Assembly: GCA_951406725.2 (NCBI GenBank)
Contig: OX597840.1
Span: 37,200,001-37,264,000 of the forward strand
Direction: 5' to 3'
DNA from: Octopus vulgaris
Lineage: Eukaryota
Length of the DNA: 64,000 nt
The notes under the pieces are model-generated. The model saw only the letters and a program-made list of their open reading frames with translations. It was not told where the DNA came from and searched no databases. Numbering within the stretch: position 1 is the stretch's first letter; the number at the start of each line of letters is the position of its first letter. This document shows positions 26,967 to 40,581 of the stretch, piece by piece. The position numbers and the translations under genes were made by a program.

Positions 26967-28183
26967 AACTTTCCTTTGTCAACGTCCAGATAACCTCAGC
27001 CTCTGAAATCTACTCGTTGCTAATAACTCTGTCTGTAGTTAACCAGCAGTGTCTTAGATTATAGCGAATCGACACATTATAGTCCAGTTGATATTTTTCC
27101 TGTTAAACACTATTTTAGTGATTAAAATGTGTGATATGATTTAACTAAAACCCCTAAAAGTGCTCGAGCGGATTTTTTTATGAATACAAATGTTGGAGCT
27201 GTAATGTTGGAGCTGAAACATTTAAGAGTTAATAGCTGTAACCATTAAAATAATAAATCATATGTTATTGTCGATAGACAGAGTCGATGTGATTAGTTGT
27301 TTAACAAAATGGAAGACAGATCGTTACTGATTAATGTTCTGTCAACAATTGAACTGTCAACAAAATTTGGTTATGACTGATCACGCTACTTTAGAAATGA
27401 AAAAAAAATATTAAAAATTTAACAATCAAGGATTTTTTTGTTTTGTTATGTGTTTAAAATTCCTGTTATATATTTACATTCAATTTTATATTTTATATTT
27501 ATTTTCAGTTTTTTAAAAGTAAAATCGCGGTTACATTTTTAATGCAAGCAATTCATTTTAATGTTATGTCCTTCACTATGTGAATGATTCTGACATCATT
27601 CATTGAAAGGCAGATATCTCTCTGAGAGGTCAACGACGGTTGACGAATGTATACCTCACTTATATTCTTTAGCACCGTTTCATATTCATCCACACTTTTA
27701 CATCGTGTGAATCAGACGCGCGACCTTATGGTCAGATGATCGCTCTACTCTCAAAAACCACCACCGCTCACAGCGCAAAGAGGTTTCAGTGGGTATTGGT
27801 TTATGGCTGACATGCGTTCAGACTGCTTTACTAGCAGAGGTTCATGCCAAATTAAGCAGATATGGTGCATGTTTACAGAAAGGTTTTTTTCTAAGGTTAT
27901 CCCTTTAAAGGAGCTGTGAAACTTGAGGGGGAAACGAGCAAAAATTTCCGTTTGGTATCTCGAATGTTGTCGATAATACCACAACTGTTGTATTCTGTGA
28001 TGATAGTGGTGGAAATAATGTTCTCGTAGAGATTGCACATGACGACGTGAATACCAAATGCTACCTGTGTATATATACACACTATACACCCAAATATGCT
28101 ACCTATATATGTATATATATAGAAACACAAACATTTATTAATATATGTATATATATAGAAACACAAACATTTATTAATATATG

Positions 28184-28223
<40 letters not shown>

Positions 28224-29364
28224 GCAACGATTATTATATGTGTGTATATATATATATATATCAATATATATATGGACATCCTTAATAATGAAGTGAATTG
28301 TTACTCGCATTCTGGTGTACGGAATATCTGCGTTCATTTAATAAAGAATCAACGAATCTATTTAAATCACTCTGGTTCATTTAATCCTTACAGATTAACG
28401 TGAATCACGCAGTTTCTTATTTGAAATGTCATGGGTGCAATTGTGTGGCTGACAGCAGCGAAGTAGAAACTGACCGTTACTGACTCACGACATTTGGAGG
28501 CAAACGAACGAAGCAGTCTGTTAGGTCTACGGCGGTAGTTGTTTATTAACAGGCCCAGCGATTTTGAAGCGTATGGGGACATATCCATTGTTAATTTCGT
28601 CCAGAGATGGCATTTAGGAGATACTTACTATTTGGAATAATCGATATCATTGTCTGCTCTGATATTTGGAAGTTTCCGATGAAACGAAATCTGCGGATCC
28701 GCCGAGATCCATTGAAGAAACGAATGGATTTATTGAAGAAGTCTGTTATCATTGAATGTTTATAACTCTGCTCTCTGATTAACGAAAGAAAGAAAATAAA
28801 GAGCGTTGGATATATAACATATGTAATAAGAGAGCCTTCCATTAACAACACACACACACATATATATACAAACATACATACAGCTCTATCTACATAAATT
28901 CTAGCCAGAATCTGCTAGAACGCTTGGTGGTGCATCATTGCTGTTAATGGCTACATCCGTGCACATGATTCTCCGACAGATTACGCTTTACTATGATGGC
29001 GGGTGTGCAAAATGGCTGCTTGAATATTAATGACGTACTTGTATTCACCATCACCATCACCACCACCGCTATCGCCATCACCACAATCGATACCCCTTCC
29101 CACGACCGCGACCGCCCCATTCAACGCCGACCTTACCGTTACTGTAATTGTTTCCGTTTTCCCGAATATTTCCGCTCATCTTTGCACCTTCGACCACTCA
29201 AAGCAATTTCCATCCACCGACGATGCATCTCGCTTGCTTCTCTCCTTTTACATCGCCTTTACTTATCCACATTTCCTGTCGCTCCTCAGATCAAAGTCGA
29301 CATCAACCGCTTTATCTTTATTTCACTGTATATGTGTTTGGGCATATATATATATATATACATA

Positions 29365-29430
<66 letters not shown>

Positions 29431-29539
29431 TATATATATATACGCATAGTTATACATATATACATACATATACGTATACATATACACACAGATATAGATT
29501 TACATACATATATACATACATAGATATACAGATATATGC

Positions 29540-29594
29540 ATATAGGTTTCGTAGGCATATATATATATATGCATATGCGTATATATATATATAT

Positions 29595-29630
<36 letters not shown>

Positions 29631-29923
29631 TATGCGTGTGTATATATATATATATGCCTATGCGTGTATATATATATTAATATATATAACTGTGCGCGTA
29701 TATATATATATTTATATATATGCGTATTCGTGTATATATATATATATATATATTTATGCCTATGCGTGTATATATATATATATATATATTTATATGCCTA
29801 TGCGTGTATATATATATATATATATATATGCGTGTATATATATATATATATATATTTATATGCCTATGCGTGTATATATATATATATATATATATGTTAT
29901 ATCTATATGCCTATGCGCGTATG

Positions 29924-29965
<42 letters not shown>
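29540..29965. repeat. Minisatellite of atgcctatgcgtg(ta)n units
   Basis: The unit recurs about 8-9 times with a variable TA run. Confidence 0.85.
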
Positions 29966-29969
<4 letters not shown>

Positions 29970-30076
29970 CCGTTCTTCTATTGCAGATTCCAGAACAAGG
30001 TAACTGTTTTTTCAAAGAACAGATTTTTCGATTCAACAGACTAACACAAATAAAATATAAAAACAAGTTATACAAA

Positions 30077-30130
<54 letters not shown>

Positions 30131-30589
30131 GGAAAAATTGCAAACAAATGCTCCCTCTGTTTTCCCGTCCACCACCAACCATTTTCCTTTCGGATCTTTT
30201 ATGAACTGGTTCCCAACCGCCAACCTCAGTCTCACCTCATAAACTTCTATTCTTTCCTTTCATATTCTCGCACGTGAAGTCATATGCGAGTTTGGCCAGG
30301 TGACGTGCTAGGTGTAACAATCAAATTCTTCCCAAGTGAGTACCTTATCTTCTTTTAAAAGGAAGAACACAACGTACAATATATGTTCAATCTCTCACTC
30401 TGTATAAATATATATATATCAAGTGTGAGAGAGGTAAAGAGATAGTGATACATGATGGTGACGGATATAGCACGTTTGGTTGCAGACAAGGAGTAATTGT
30501 CTATGATTGTTAGCTGTGCTAAATACAGATAGCACAAATGTGCACACGCACGCATATACACATGACATATTTTCATATATAGATACATT

Positions 30590-30670
30590 AATATATGTAT
30601 GTATAGTATATATATATAAATATATAGATAGATAGATAGATATAATAACATATATATAATATAAAATATA

Positions 30671-30701
<31 letters not shown>

Positions 30702-30742
30702 TATAGATAGATAGATAGTTATAACATATATATATATATATA

Positions 30743-30784
<42 letters not shown>

Positions 30785-30821
30785 TAGATAGATAGATATA
30801 ACAACATATATATAATATAAA

Positions 30822-30860
<39 letters not shown>

Positions 30861-31267
30861 GATAGATAGATAGATATAACAACATATATATAATATAAAA
30901 TATAATATATATAGTATATATATATATATAATATATATATAGATATAGATATAAACATATATATAATATAAAATATAATATATATATATATATATGTATA
31001 TAAACAAATCAAATTGCGATAAAATAAAAATAATTATAATCGTGGTATTACTAACACATATATTACTAACATATATATATATATATATAAATATATAGAT
31101 AGATAGATATAAAAACATATATATAATATAAAATATAATATATATATATATATATATATCTATGTATATATATAAATAAATATATAGATAGATAGATATA
31201 AATATAAAATATAAATATATATATATGTATATAAACAAATAAATTGCGATAAAATAAAAATAATTAT

Positions 31268-31300
<33 letters not shown>

Positions 31301-31533
31301 ATATAATATATATAAATAAATAGATAGATAGATAGATATAAAAACATATATATAATATAAAATATATATATATATATATATATCTATGTATATATATAAA
31401 TAAATATATAGATAGATAGATATAAAAACATATATATAATATAAAATATAATATATATATATATCTATATATATATATATAAATAAATATATAGATAGAT
31501 AGATATAAAAACATATATATAATATAAAATATA

Positions 31534-31566
<33 letters not shown>

Positions 31567-31842
31567 AATAAATATATAGATAGATAGATATAAAAACATA
31601 TATATAATATAAAATATAATATATATATATATCTATGTATATATATATATAAATAAATATATAGATAGATAGATAGATATAAAAACATATATATAATATA
31701 AAATATAATATATATATATATTATCTATGTATATATATATATATAAATAAATATATAGATAGATAGATATAAAAACATATATATAATATAAAATATAATA
31801 TATATATATATCTATGTATATATATATATATAAATAAATATA
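30590..31842. repeat. ~60-80-bp AT-rich minisatellite assembled from TA/TAGA microsatellites
   Basis: Recurrent gatagatagatataaaaacatatatataatataaaatataat. The segment aaattgcgataaaataaaaataattataat is duplicated at ~31011 and ~31241. Confidence 0.9.
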
Positions 31843-32070
31843 GGATGAAAAGTTCGACGGAAACCAAATTCTGATCAAAGATGCAGTGAAACACAAGAGT
31901 TTGAGGATTAAAGAGCTGATATCGCCATTGTGTTAGCGAAGTTCTTTGTTCCCTTGCCATACAGATCCTGGTTAATTCCAGCGGAAATCTTTGCCAACCT
32001 AATTGATTTGGATTGATCAATTTTAATGTCGATGTCCAACAGCACAATTCAACATACGCCATTTTGCAAA
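31843..32070 (-). mobile_element. Possible decayed mariner 3' end
   Basis: gatgaaaagttc resembles a mariner TIR. Minus-strand patches SAGINQ and HNGDI resemble the transposase C-terminus. Confidence 0.3.
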
Positions 32071-32633
32071 TATGGAAGATTATGTATGTGTGGGTGTGTG
32101 TGTGTTCGTAGAGATGTATGTCTGTGTAGTGAGATGCTTTTGTGAGTATGTATCTGTGTGTGTGTGTGTATTTGTATAAGGGGATGGAAGTGACAGTATG
32201 TGAGGGAAAGAGAGATGGAAAGAGAAAGACAGAGAGAGAGAGAGAGAAGTCAAGAAACACGGGTTTGGACTGGAGAACTGAAAGAAACTGAGGGAGAGAA
32301 ACAGAAAGAGAGAGAATAAAAAGAAAAAGAGGGAATTGAGAGTGAATACAGATGTATGGAAATGAGTGTTGGACTTTCAAAATAAACAAAACAAAACGAA
32401 AATAACGATATACGTGTTTCATAGAAATCCCACTGAAAATTGTGGCGATTGGACAGTTATATAACGAAAGGTTCATATCCTTCACGCTATCCTTCCTGTA
32501 AAAGCTTACCAATAACCGAATTCTTTGCATGTATATATACGCTGAGGCATACATTTGCACACACATACACACACACACACACACATATTTACATACATAT
32601 GTATCTATACATTCTCTGTATGCATGTATCTTC

Positions 32634-32686
<53 letters not shown>

Positions 32687-32712
32687 AATCCATTTTTGTT
32701 GCTTTTTTCTTG

Positions 32713-32758
<46 letters not shown>

Positions 32759-32980
32759 AGTCTGATGTATGTGTAAGTGCGTGCGAGTGTGTATGCCTGC
32801 GTGTGCGTGCTTGTGTACGAATGGGTGAATGTTTGTATTTGCGTATTGAATGGGAAACAAGTCATCAGTCAAAGTTGAGTTGTAATAAAATATTTACAAC
32901 ACGAAGGAATAAACATCCACGTTGAAATGTTTCATGCTTTTATAAATATAGATTTATGTGTTTCTATTTAATATGTGTGC

Positions 32981-33018
<38 letters not shown>

Positions 33019-33188
33019 CATGAATATGTAAATATTTATATACATATATACATATACACATTACACATAAACATATGTACACTTACACACACAAACGTGC
33101 GCACACACACAAGCACACACATATATATTTACAAATGCGCATAGTGACCACTTCATTTACGTACATGTTCATCTGCATCCCTGATATA

Positions 33189-33223
<35 letters not shown>

Positions 33224-34161
33224 CACTAATACACTCTGCATTTCTTCACCCATCAAACGAAATGCTTTTCCCTGCAACATCCAAATCCTGTTCTCTAATC
33301 CCGCAACCGCTGTGATCTTGACCCCCGACCTCTCGCCTCCCTTCAAGAAAAGCCTGAACCTCTGCAAATTCTTAAAAATGCACGTCACCCTGTCGCACAA
33401 AACAAACAACCGGACAATTCTAAATGCGTTCACAAGAGATGTAGCACATTCCAAACACAACATCTTCAACACAATATAAACAAAACCACTACCATCTTGG
33501 TTTCATGTTTCGTGCACTTTATCTTCTCCAGGTCCTCATCTATATACTCATGTTTCCTCTTCTACACACTAAGATATCTGTTTCCCATAATACTTCCCAT
33601 CTATGTGCTTTCACATTGTTTGTGCCTTCCATTTCTCTCCCTTATTGTATCAGTCACGAAAACAAGATGTCCGAAATATTGGAAAGTCTAATTCACATAA
33701 ATTTAACGCTTAGTTAATATAAAATTATTTTGTGCATATCTACAAATTAATCGTTGGTTTTCTGCCTCGTTGCTTACTCTTTTAAAAATTTATTAGTAGC
33801 AGCATGAGAAAAGTGACCATACCATGGCGCGACTAACGAAATCTTGCTTGCTGTTTGGCTTTTGATGAATGCAAATCGGAGTTTAATGCAAATCATTACA
33901 ACGTACAATGCCAGGTCTATGATGAAGGAATAGTCTCAATTAGCAGAGTTCTCCCCTTAAAAGATGAACTGTGTTTAGTCTACCAATGGTTTCTGGTATC
34001 CATTTTGATTGTTCTGTCCTTCCCCAAATCTTATTTGATGACAGCCAAGTATAATGCTCTGAGAAGAAATATAGGATATTTCTTACAGTTCTATATTTAA
34101 GAGATGTGAAATTATCTACATTATTTACATTTGACGGATATTTGTCTTCATCTTGTTTGTT

Positions 34162-34207
34162 AGCACAACATTTCGGCTGATATACCCTCCAGCCTTCATC
34201 AGGTGTC
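34162..34207 (-). ncRNA. Minimal type I hammerhead ribozyme motif
   Basis: Minus strand gacac-CTGATGA-a-ggctg-gagggtatat-cagcc-GAAA-tGTT-gtgct. Helix II is perfect and helix I pairs cac/gtg. Confidence 0.7.
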
Positions 34208-34255
34208 TTGACAAAAATTTGGAACTTGGGTTCTCATTCCTAAGGTATTTTACGA

Positions 34256-34299
<44 letters not shown>

Positions 34300-34358
34300 T
34301 CACTATAATAATAATAACATCGAAGAATACCTTAGGAACGGGTTCGAAATTTCTCCAA

Positions 34359-34404
34359 GACACCTGATGAAGGCTGGAGTATATATCAACCGAAAAGTTG
34401 TGTT
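34359..34404 (+). ncRNA. Minimal type I hammerhead ribozyme motif
   Basis: gacac-CTGATGA-a-ggctg-gagtatatat-caacc-GAAA-aGTT-gtgtt. Helix I pairs gacac/gtgtt. Confidence 0.65.
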
Positions 34405-35284
34405 AACAACAAACAAGATGAGGACAAATATCCGTCAAATGCTTTTTAATCTTCAGTGTTTTTTTATAAAAATAAGCTGTCGTTCTAATTGATGAAACAA
34501 GTTGAGAGCATTATAGTCGTTGTTTGGATAAAGAATTATTTATCGTTGAAGGGCATTCTGGACATGAAAACATTCTATGAAATGATTTCATTCTTTAGCT
34601 GAATTCGAAAATTCTTCAACCTGATTTAGATGATCTGAGATACCTGTAATTTTCCAATTTAATGATCTCATCATACTTATTTGCACCACTGATATGTATA
34701 CGGACACATCATTCTTCTTTTTCGATTGAAATGCTCTTAACATAATATATATATATTAAATTTGCTTTCGGTGACGTCAAAAATCTCATAAAAAAAGCTT
34801 AATAACACAGCAGTAATTTTGCATTTTGTATATAAGAGTGTCGGTGCTTAGTCCCAAAATAAACTATTCTTTAATTTAATCCAAGTACATGTCTACTTGC
34901 ATTCCTGCCTGTATAATTAAATATATTGAACGCATTTGGTATTTTCAATATATGGAACATATTTGCTTAGTTGTGGAAGAATTATTAAATTTATTAGAGT
35001 TGTATGTTCTGCAGGCACTCCTTATTGGAACTTTCAGTAGTTTTAATGGAACCTTCCTTCCAGATCAGAATGGCAAGACCATGTCTCTTATTACTTTCTT
35101 CTTACTCAAGCTAAACGGTAATAGAGGGAAGCGGCTAATATTTTGTGTCAGTTTTTATTCTAAATAAATGGCGGTTGTCACAACGAGGTGAAAATTACCA
35201 ATAAGATACTCGCCTGCAAACTGATGTGTTAAAAGGAACTGCAGCAGCAGCAGCAGCAGCAACCACAACGACAACAACAATAAT

Positions 35285-35425
35285 ATTCTTTTCTACTAAA
35301 AGGCACCAGGCCTGAAATTTGCAGGGGGAGGGGTAGTCGATTACATCAACCCCTGTGTTTCACTGGTAATTAATTTATTGACCACGAAGGATGACGGGCA
35401 AAGTCGACCTCTACGGAATTTGAAT
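35285..35425 (-). mobile_element. SINE family A, 5'-truncated, tail-beta, next to (AAT)n
   Basis: Shares the caaagtcgacctc core and the cttttctact..aggcac.aggcctgaaattt end with 6008 and 38545. Confidence 0.75.
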
Positions 35426-35520
35426 AATAATAATGATAATAATAATATATATTAATAATAATAATAATAATAATGATAATAATATATATTAATAATAATA
35501 ATAATAACAATAATAATAAT

Positions 35521-35770
35521 AAAGCTATTGAAATGCATACAGCTCAAATCCTTAGAAAAAGAAAGCATTGTTAACTTGAAAACACCTGTTTCTCTTAACT
35601 ATCAAAAGAGAAATATTACAAACTTTACAGAATTTTAGATCTAAATATCTGGCCTCCCTCATGTACCGTTGTTAATCATAGACAAAACTCCCAATAAGAC
35701 TTGCTGCTACTTGATGTATCTAGGAGAAACTTGGAATAACCCATATTAAACAAAACAACCATAAAATAAT
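35521..35770 (+). mobile_element. Probable 3' end of an R4/Dong-like LINE within (AAT)n
   Basis: HTAQILRK resembles the terminal GTAHILRK motif. Flanked by AAT repeats. Confidence 0.4.
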
Positions 35771-35802
35771 CGTAATAATAATTATTATTGTCCTTATGAT
35801 TA

Positions 35803-36396
35803 TGAGAGCAGCACACGCCATCAAAGTGACGCTGGGGTATGGGGTACAGATATACGAAGCCCAACATAACCATCAATACTACCCGTCAGATACGGGTACT
35901 CCTGGCACACGCATCACATCCATATGTACGTGACATGGTGACCTCATGAAGAGGAACAGCGCATAAAATTGCATATAGAGCTCAGAATTTTCTTCTTGCC
36001 GAGTAGACCATCTCCCTCAAAATGTCCCTGAATGAGGCTTGTTTAAGGATGATGAACAAAACACCTATTGTTTCCAGATTTGAATTCTTCAAATAAATCC
36101 TTTAAAATGTTTTAGCCCGAAGGCCGCGGCCATGCTGTTTAAGGATTCCTCTTAACACATGGCTATGATGCTCCCCACCAAAATCCTGCAAGTGATCAGA
36201 GATACACATTCTGTCATCCACAAAAGAACATGCTCAACTGGTTAAGGTCAAACAACTAACAAGCAAATCTGTGGTATTGAGCAGAGTATTTGCTGTAGCG
36301 AATCTTTTTATACCAAGTCAAACATGTACATGAAAACACTTCCAATCAGTTAAGATCCGAAGCCATTAGAGCCACTGCCTGGTATTGTGTTGGTGC

Positions 36397-36400
<4 letters not shown>
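35803..36400. mobile_element. Unclassified interspersed repeat bounded by (ATT)n
   Basis: Higher-GC block between ATT tracts. Recognised from memory as an abundant octopus repeat. No second copy in this window. Confidence 0.4.
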
Positions 36401-36435
<35 letters not shown>

Positions 36436-36464
36436 CATTATTATTATTATCATTATTATAATTA

Positions 36465-36640
36465 TTTTATGTTTGACTTTTGCTTTGCATTTATTATTAT
36501 TATTATTATTATTATCATTATTATTATTATCATTATTATTATTATTTTATGTTTGACTTTTGCTTTGCATTTGTATAAGTTGGCTTCAAGTCTCACCCAG
36601 GGACCTCAAGAGACAAGTTAGAAGTTCATGTTGGTGCTAT
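36465..36640 (-). mobile_element. Probable R4/Dong-like 3' terminus with duplicated tip in (ATT)n
   Basis: ttttatgtttgacttttgctttgcattt occurs twice, separated by ATT repeats. Minus strand gaggtccctgggtgagactt resembles Dong-type 3' UTRs. Confidence 0.45.
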
Positions 36641-36641
36641 C

Positions 36642-36952
36642 ATCGTCACTGGAATATCATCCCTTCGGCCCCATGAAAGAGGGTCTGAGGGGCAAGCCTT
36701 ATTCCAGTGACGACGAAGTGAAAACTGTACTGAAGAAGTGGCTAAAAGAACAGTCAACAGAATTTTACGGTGCAGGGATACATACTCTCATTCGAAGGTG
36801 GAACATTGCTATTGAGAGAAACGGTGACTATGCTGAGCAGTAGGGATGTGATCCACAGAGGACCAGCTTCATTTTGATGTATGATACATGTCCCTGTGTT
36901 GGTAATTATACCTGTCCTAAACAAAATGGCATCACTTTTTGACTCACCCTGG
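36642..36952 (+). mobile_element. Mariner transposon 3' fragment
   Basis: YHPFGPMKEGLRGKPYSSDDEVKT..KWLKEQSTEFYGAGIHTLIRRWNIAIERNGDY is a mariner transposase C-terminus. TIR-like actttttgactcaccctgg followed by TA. Confidence 0.85.
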
Positions 36953-37921
36953 TATTTCTAACACAGTGTCAATTTGATGGCATGCGCTGATCTCTCACTG
37001 AATAAGGATAATGATGAGGACGATAACAACAGCAATGACAAGAACAATAATATTTGTCTCAAGTTTTGGCACAAATTCAGCAATTTCCAGCATCCTGCTG
37101 ATCAACTCAACCTTTGTGAAGGTTACACTTGCCTGCGAGATACTCATCCACTTCCAAGTTAATTTAACGAGTAGATGTTTCATTAGAATAACCCAACGTC
37201 GAAACCGACGGAGGTCCTCTAGTTACAAACAATATCAGAGTTTTCTTTGTGTGTGTTTATGCGTGTGCTGATATTGTATCGATACTCGCGCTGTCTATTG
37301 AAGAATCTAGTCTTTTAACGTATGTGTGTGTGTGTGTTTGTATATACGTGTACGCACGTGAGTTTGTGCGTAAGTGTGTGTTATATTTGGTTATATTTGA
37401 ACGCAGACAGACAGTGATAAGCGCACAAGTTCATGATAAAAGTAGAAAGAAATAAGAGAATATGGTCATATTTAACCGAAAGAGATAATGAAAGAGAGAT
37501 AGAAAGAAAGAAATAGAGCGAGAGACAGACCAAGTTAAGAGAAATGAGGAGTGAATTAGAAGACCAGTGAGAGATAGCCAGATAGATAGATAGATAGGGG
37601 GAGAGAGATTGAGAGAATGAGAGAGAAGGAGAGAGAGGGATAGAGAGGAGATTCGAAGAACAGCGGCAAAGATATAATTTCGCAAAGAATGGTATACAAA
37701 TATGTGTGAGATAAGACTGAATTGTGAAATGTTGAAAAGAAGAGGTCTGGAGACAGGTCAAAACTGGACAGATGACTGGATAAAATTGTTTAACCAGTTA
37801 GCTGATTGCTGGCTTTTTAACGCTGATAACCGCGGAGATTTCACTCCTATGTAAACTAATTCACACAGACTCGAAGCAATAACTCTACGATAACGATGAC
37901 AACAACGAATATAACAAAAGC

Positions 37922-37970
<49 letters not shown>

Positions 37971-38544
37971 GTAGTAGTAGTAGTAGTATCATGAATTGTA
38001 AGAATAAGAGAGGCTGCGACAAAAGGTAGAAAAACATCAATAACGATGGTAGTAATAGAAGTGGCGGGTGGGATGAGGGTAGGAGACACAACATCGTTAA
38101 TAGCAACAGCAACAACGAGAATAAGAAAGTAAAAATGGGTAACAATGACAAGGGATATCATAGAAATAGCAACAATGCGACCAAGAGACAATAAAAATAG
38201 TAAAAACTGTATCAAGAGATACAACAACAACAACAACAACAGCAGCAGCAGGAACAATAGCAAGAACGACAAATACGAATAGGAATCGTGGCACCTTTGA
38301 CTGGAATCGTCAAAAGAATGGTAAGAAGGAGAGCAAGAAGCAAATGAGAATTAATTGTGGAAACGAGGCTTGAAAATGAAGCAAGAAGGGCGACTGGGGT
38401 AAGAATGGTAACGGTGCGAACAAGAGAGGACATCAGCAATAGCATCAACGAGGACAAAGGTCACGAGATTGAACAATAGCAACAACGGAGTCAAGGGACG
38501 CAACACCAATTAGCAACAACGAGGACAAGAGGGAACATCAATAA

Positions 38545-39131
38545 TTCTTTTCTACTCTAAGCACAAGGCGTGACATTTGGGGCGAGTGGCCGTCCAGTCG
38601 ATTAGATCGACCCCAGTGCGTAACTGGTACTTATTTAATCGATCCTGAAAGCACGAAAGGCAAAGTCGAGTGCTGCGGAATTTGAACTCAGAACGTAGCG
38701 ACGGGCGAAATATACCTATTTCTTTTCTGTCCACAAGGGGCTAAACATAAAGTGGATAAAGAAGGACAGACAAAGGGATTAAGTTTATTATATCGCCCCC
38801 AGTGCGTAACCGGTCCTTAATTTATCGACCCCGAAATGATGAAAGGCCAAGTCGACCTCGGCGGAATTTGAACTCAGAGCGTAACGGCACACAAAATACC
38901 TATTTCTTTACTACCCACAAGGGGCTACACATAGCGGGGACAAACAAGGACAGACAAACGGATTAAGTCGATTATATCGACCCCAGTGCGTAACTGGTAC
39001 TTATTTAATCGACCCCGAAAGGATGAAAGGCAAAGTCAACCTCGGCGGAGTTTGAACTCAGAACATAACGGCAGACGAAATACCACTAGGCATTTCGCAC
39101 TGCGTGCTAACGATTCTGCCAGCTCGCCGCC
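38545..39131 (-). mobile_element. SINE family A head-to-tail trimer
   Basis: Three ~185-bp units, each with ggaatttgaactcag. Only the first unit (rightmost) has the full head. The last unit has tail-beta. Confidence 0.85.
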
Positions 39132-39435
39132 TACAGAGAGCCAAAACATCAATAAGAACAACAATGACGACAAGATGTATCAACGATAACAATGACAGGG
39201 TCAAGACACACTTACGTCAATAACAGCAACAATGAAAGTAATAGGAAAACCGAGGGCAAGGGACACAACAAGAATAACAACAATCATAATATCGATAAGA
39301 TTTACATCAAAACTCTCCGCCGAAACAAGAGCACTGGTTTGTGTGTGTGTGTGCATGCGTGCGTGCATACATATATGTACGTATGTATATTTTGTATCAT
39401 GTACACATAACGTATATGTATAATATAGATATACA

Positions 39436-40290
39436 CGCTGCTAAAGCTGGTGGCATTGTTTCCGTTCTTTCAGAGAGCACCGGGTGATGAGATCTCCAAT
39501 CTGTACCATTCCTAACCAAACTGCATCTTTCTTCTCCCGTGACACTCATTTCTGTCAAGACTTACCCCTACAGACTTTGCCACCGCATCCACGGTTCGCT
39601 CTCTCATTTTCTCTCCTCCTCTTCAGCGCTTATCCTTGCTCGTCCCTCCGACAGTAAATGCAAATCATGGCCAAGCATATACCTTCATGTAGCTACGATG
39701 ACGTATTGCAGTCTCCTTAAGCTAGCTCTCTTTACAGTTTCATCGATTGTAATCTGGTCACACAGGGTAAACTTTAGAATATTTCTAAGTCCCCAGCGAT
39801 GAAAACAAATTGACCATTTTGGAAATCCTTTCTGCCGCCTCCATGTACCTCTTGCATACAATACCCCATGAAGAATAATGAATCCGTAAAACTGAAGTTT
39901 AATCTCATGATCAATGGAAAAGCATGATCATATTGGCCTAAATTGTTGGAAAACTGCCATCGCATTGCCAAGTCTAGACTCGACATCAATTCCTACTTTT
40001 CCGTTTCTGCCAATGTTAATGCACAGATAAGTAAAAGAACCGACAGATAGCATTCTGTGAGGCTTTTGTCTGTTACAGTTGATACGGAGTCGGAAGCTGT
40101 TGTCACAAAGACTCACTCTATGATCTCTTGAATGCTTTCGGGATTAACACTGAGGCAGACTGCTCTCATCTACAAAGAAACGATTCGTTAGTTTGGTGTG
40201 CATCCAGGTGGTCCCAGTGATCGAATTATTTATGGAAGGCGTCATAATAAAGTCGATAACTAACAGGACAGAACACACCCTTATCTTGCT
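39436..40290 (-). pseudogene. RTE-clade LINE RT relic
   Basis: Minus-strand peptides GCVLS, KLTNRFFVDE (decayed FADD), VGSFTYL..DVESRLGNAMAVF, IKLQFY..VLYARGTW and FHRWGLRNIL. Many stops. Confidence 0.75.
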
Positions 40291-40373
40291 CACATGGCAG
40301 TATCGAAAATAGAAGCGTTTCCGTTTTTTATTTCTGATACAGCCAATAGACTTCCGCTAGAGCGAGCAACTTG

Positions 40374-40432
<59 letters not shown>

Positions 40433-40467
40433 ATGTATATATATATATATATATACATATATATAGT

Positions 40468-40513
<46 letters not shown>

Positions 40514-40537
40514 GTTGTGTGTGTGTGTGTGTGTATG

Positions 40538-40579
<42 letters not shown>

Positions 40580-40581
<2 letters not shown>

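Larger units (their letters stand above)
34085..34441. mobile_element. Inverted pair of the hammerhead-tail element (headless copies of the 26606 family)
   Basis: 34085-34304 (minus) and 34305-34441 (plus) both match 26678-26963. Confidence 0.85.

Noticed and set aside
27600-27900. Tc1/mariner-like catalytic-region relic
   Set aside because: The resemblance needs several assumed frameshifts.
29040-30345. Possible host exons (donor-like sites at ~29135 minus and ~30336 plus), and unique DNA at 44480-45000
   Set aside because: No recognisable coding signal. Transcript data would be needed. The window could be intronic.
30590-31842. CRISPR-like repeat-spacer array
   Set aside because: The spacers are variable TA runs rather than unique sequences, the context is eukaryotic, and there are no cas genes.
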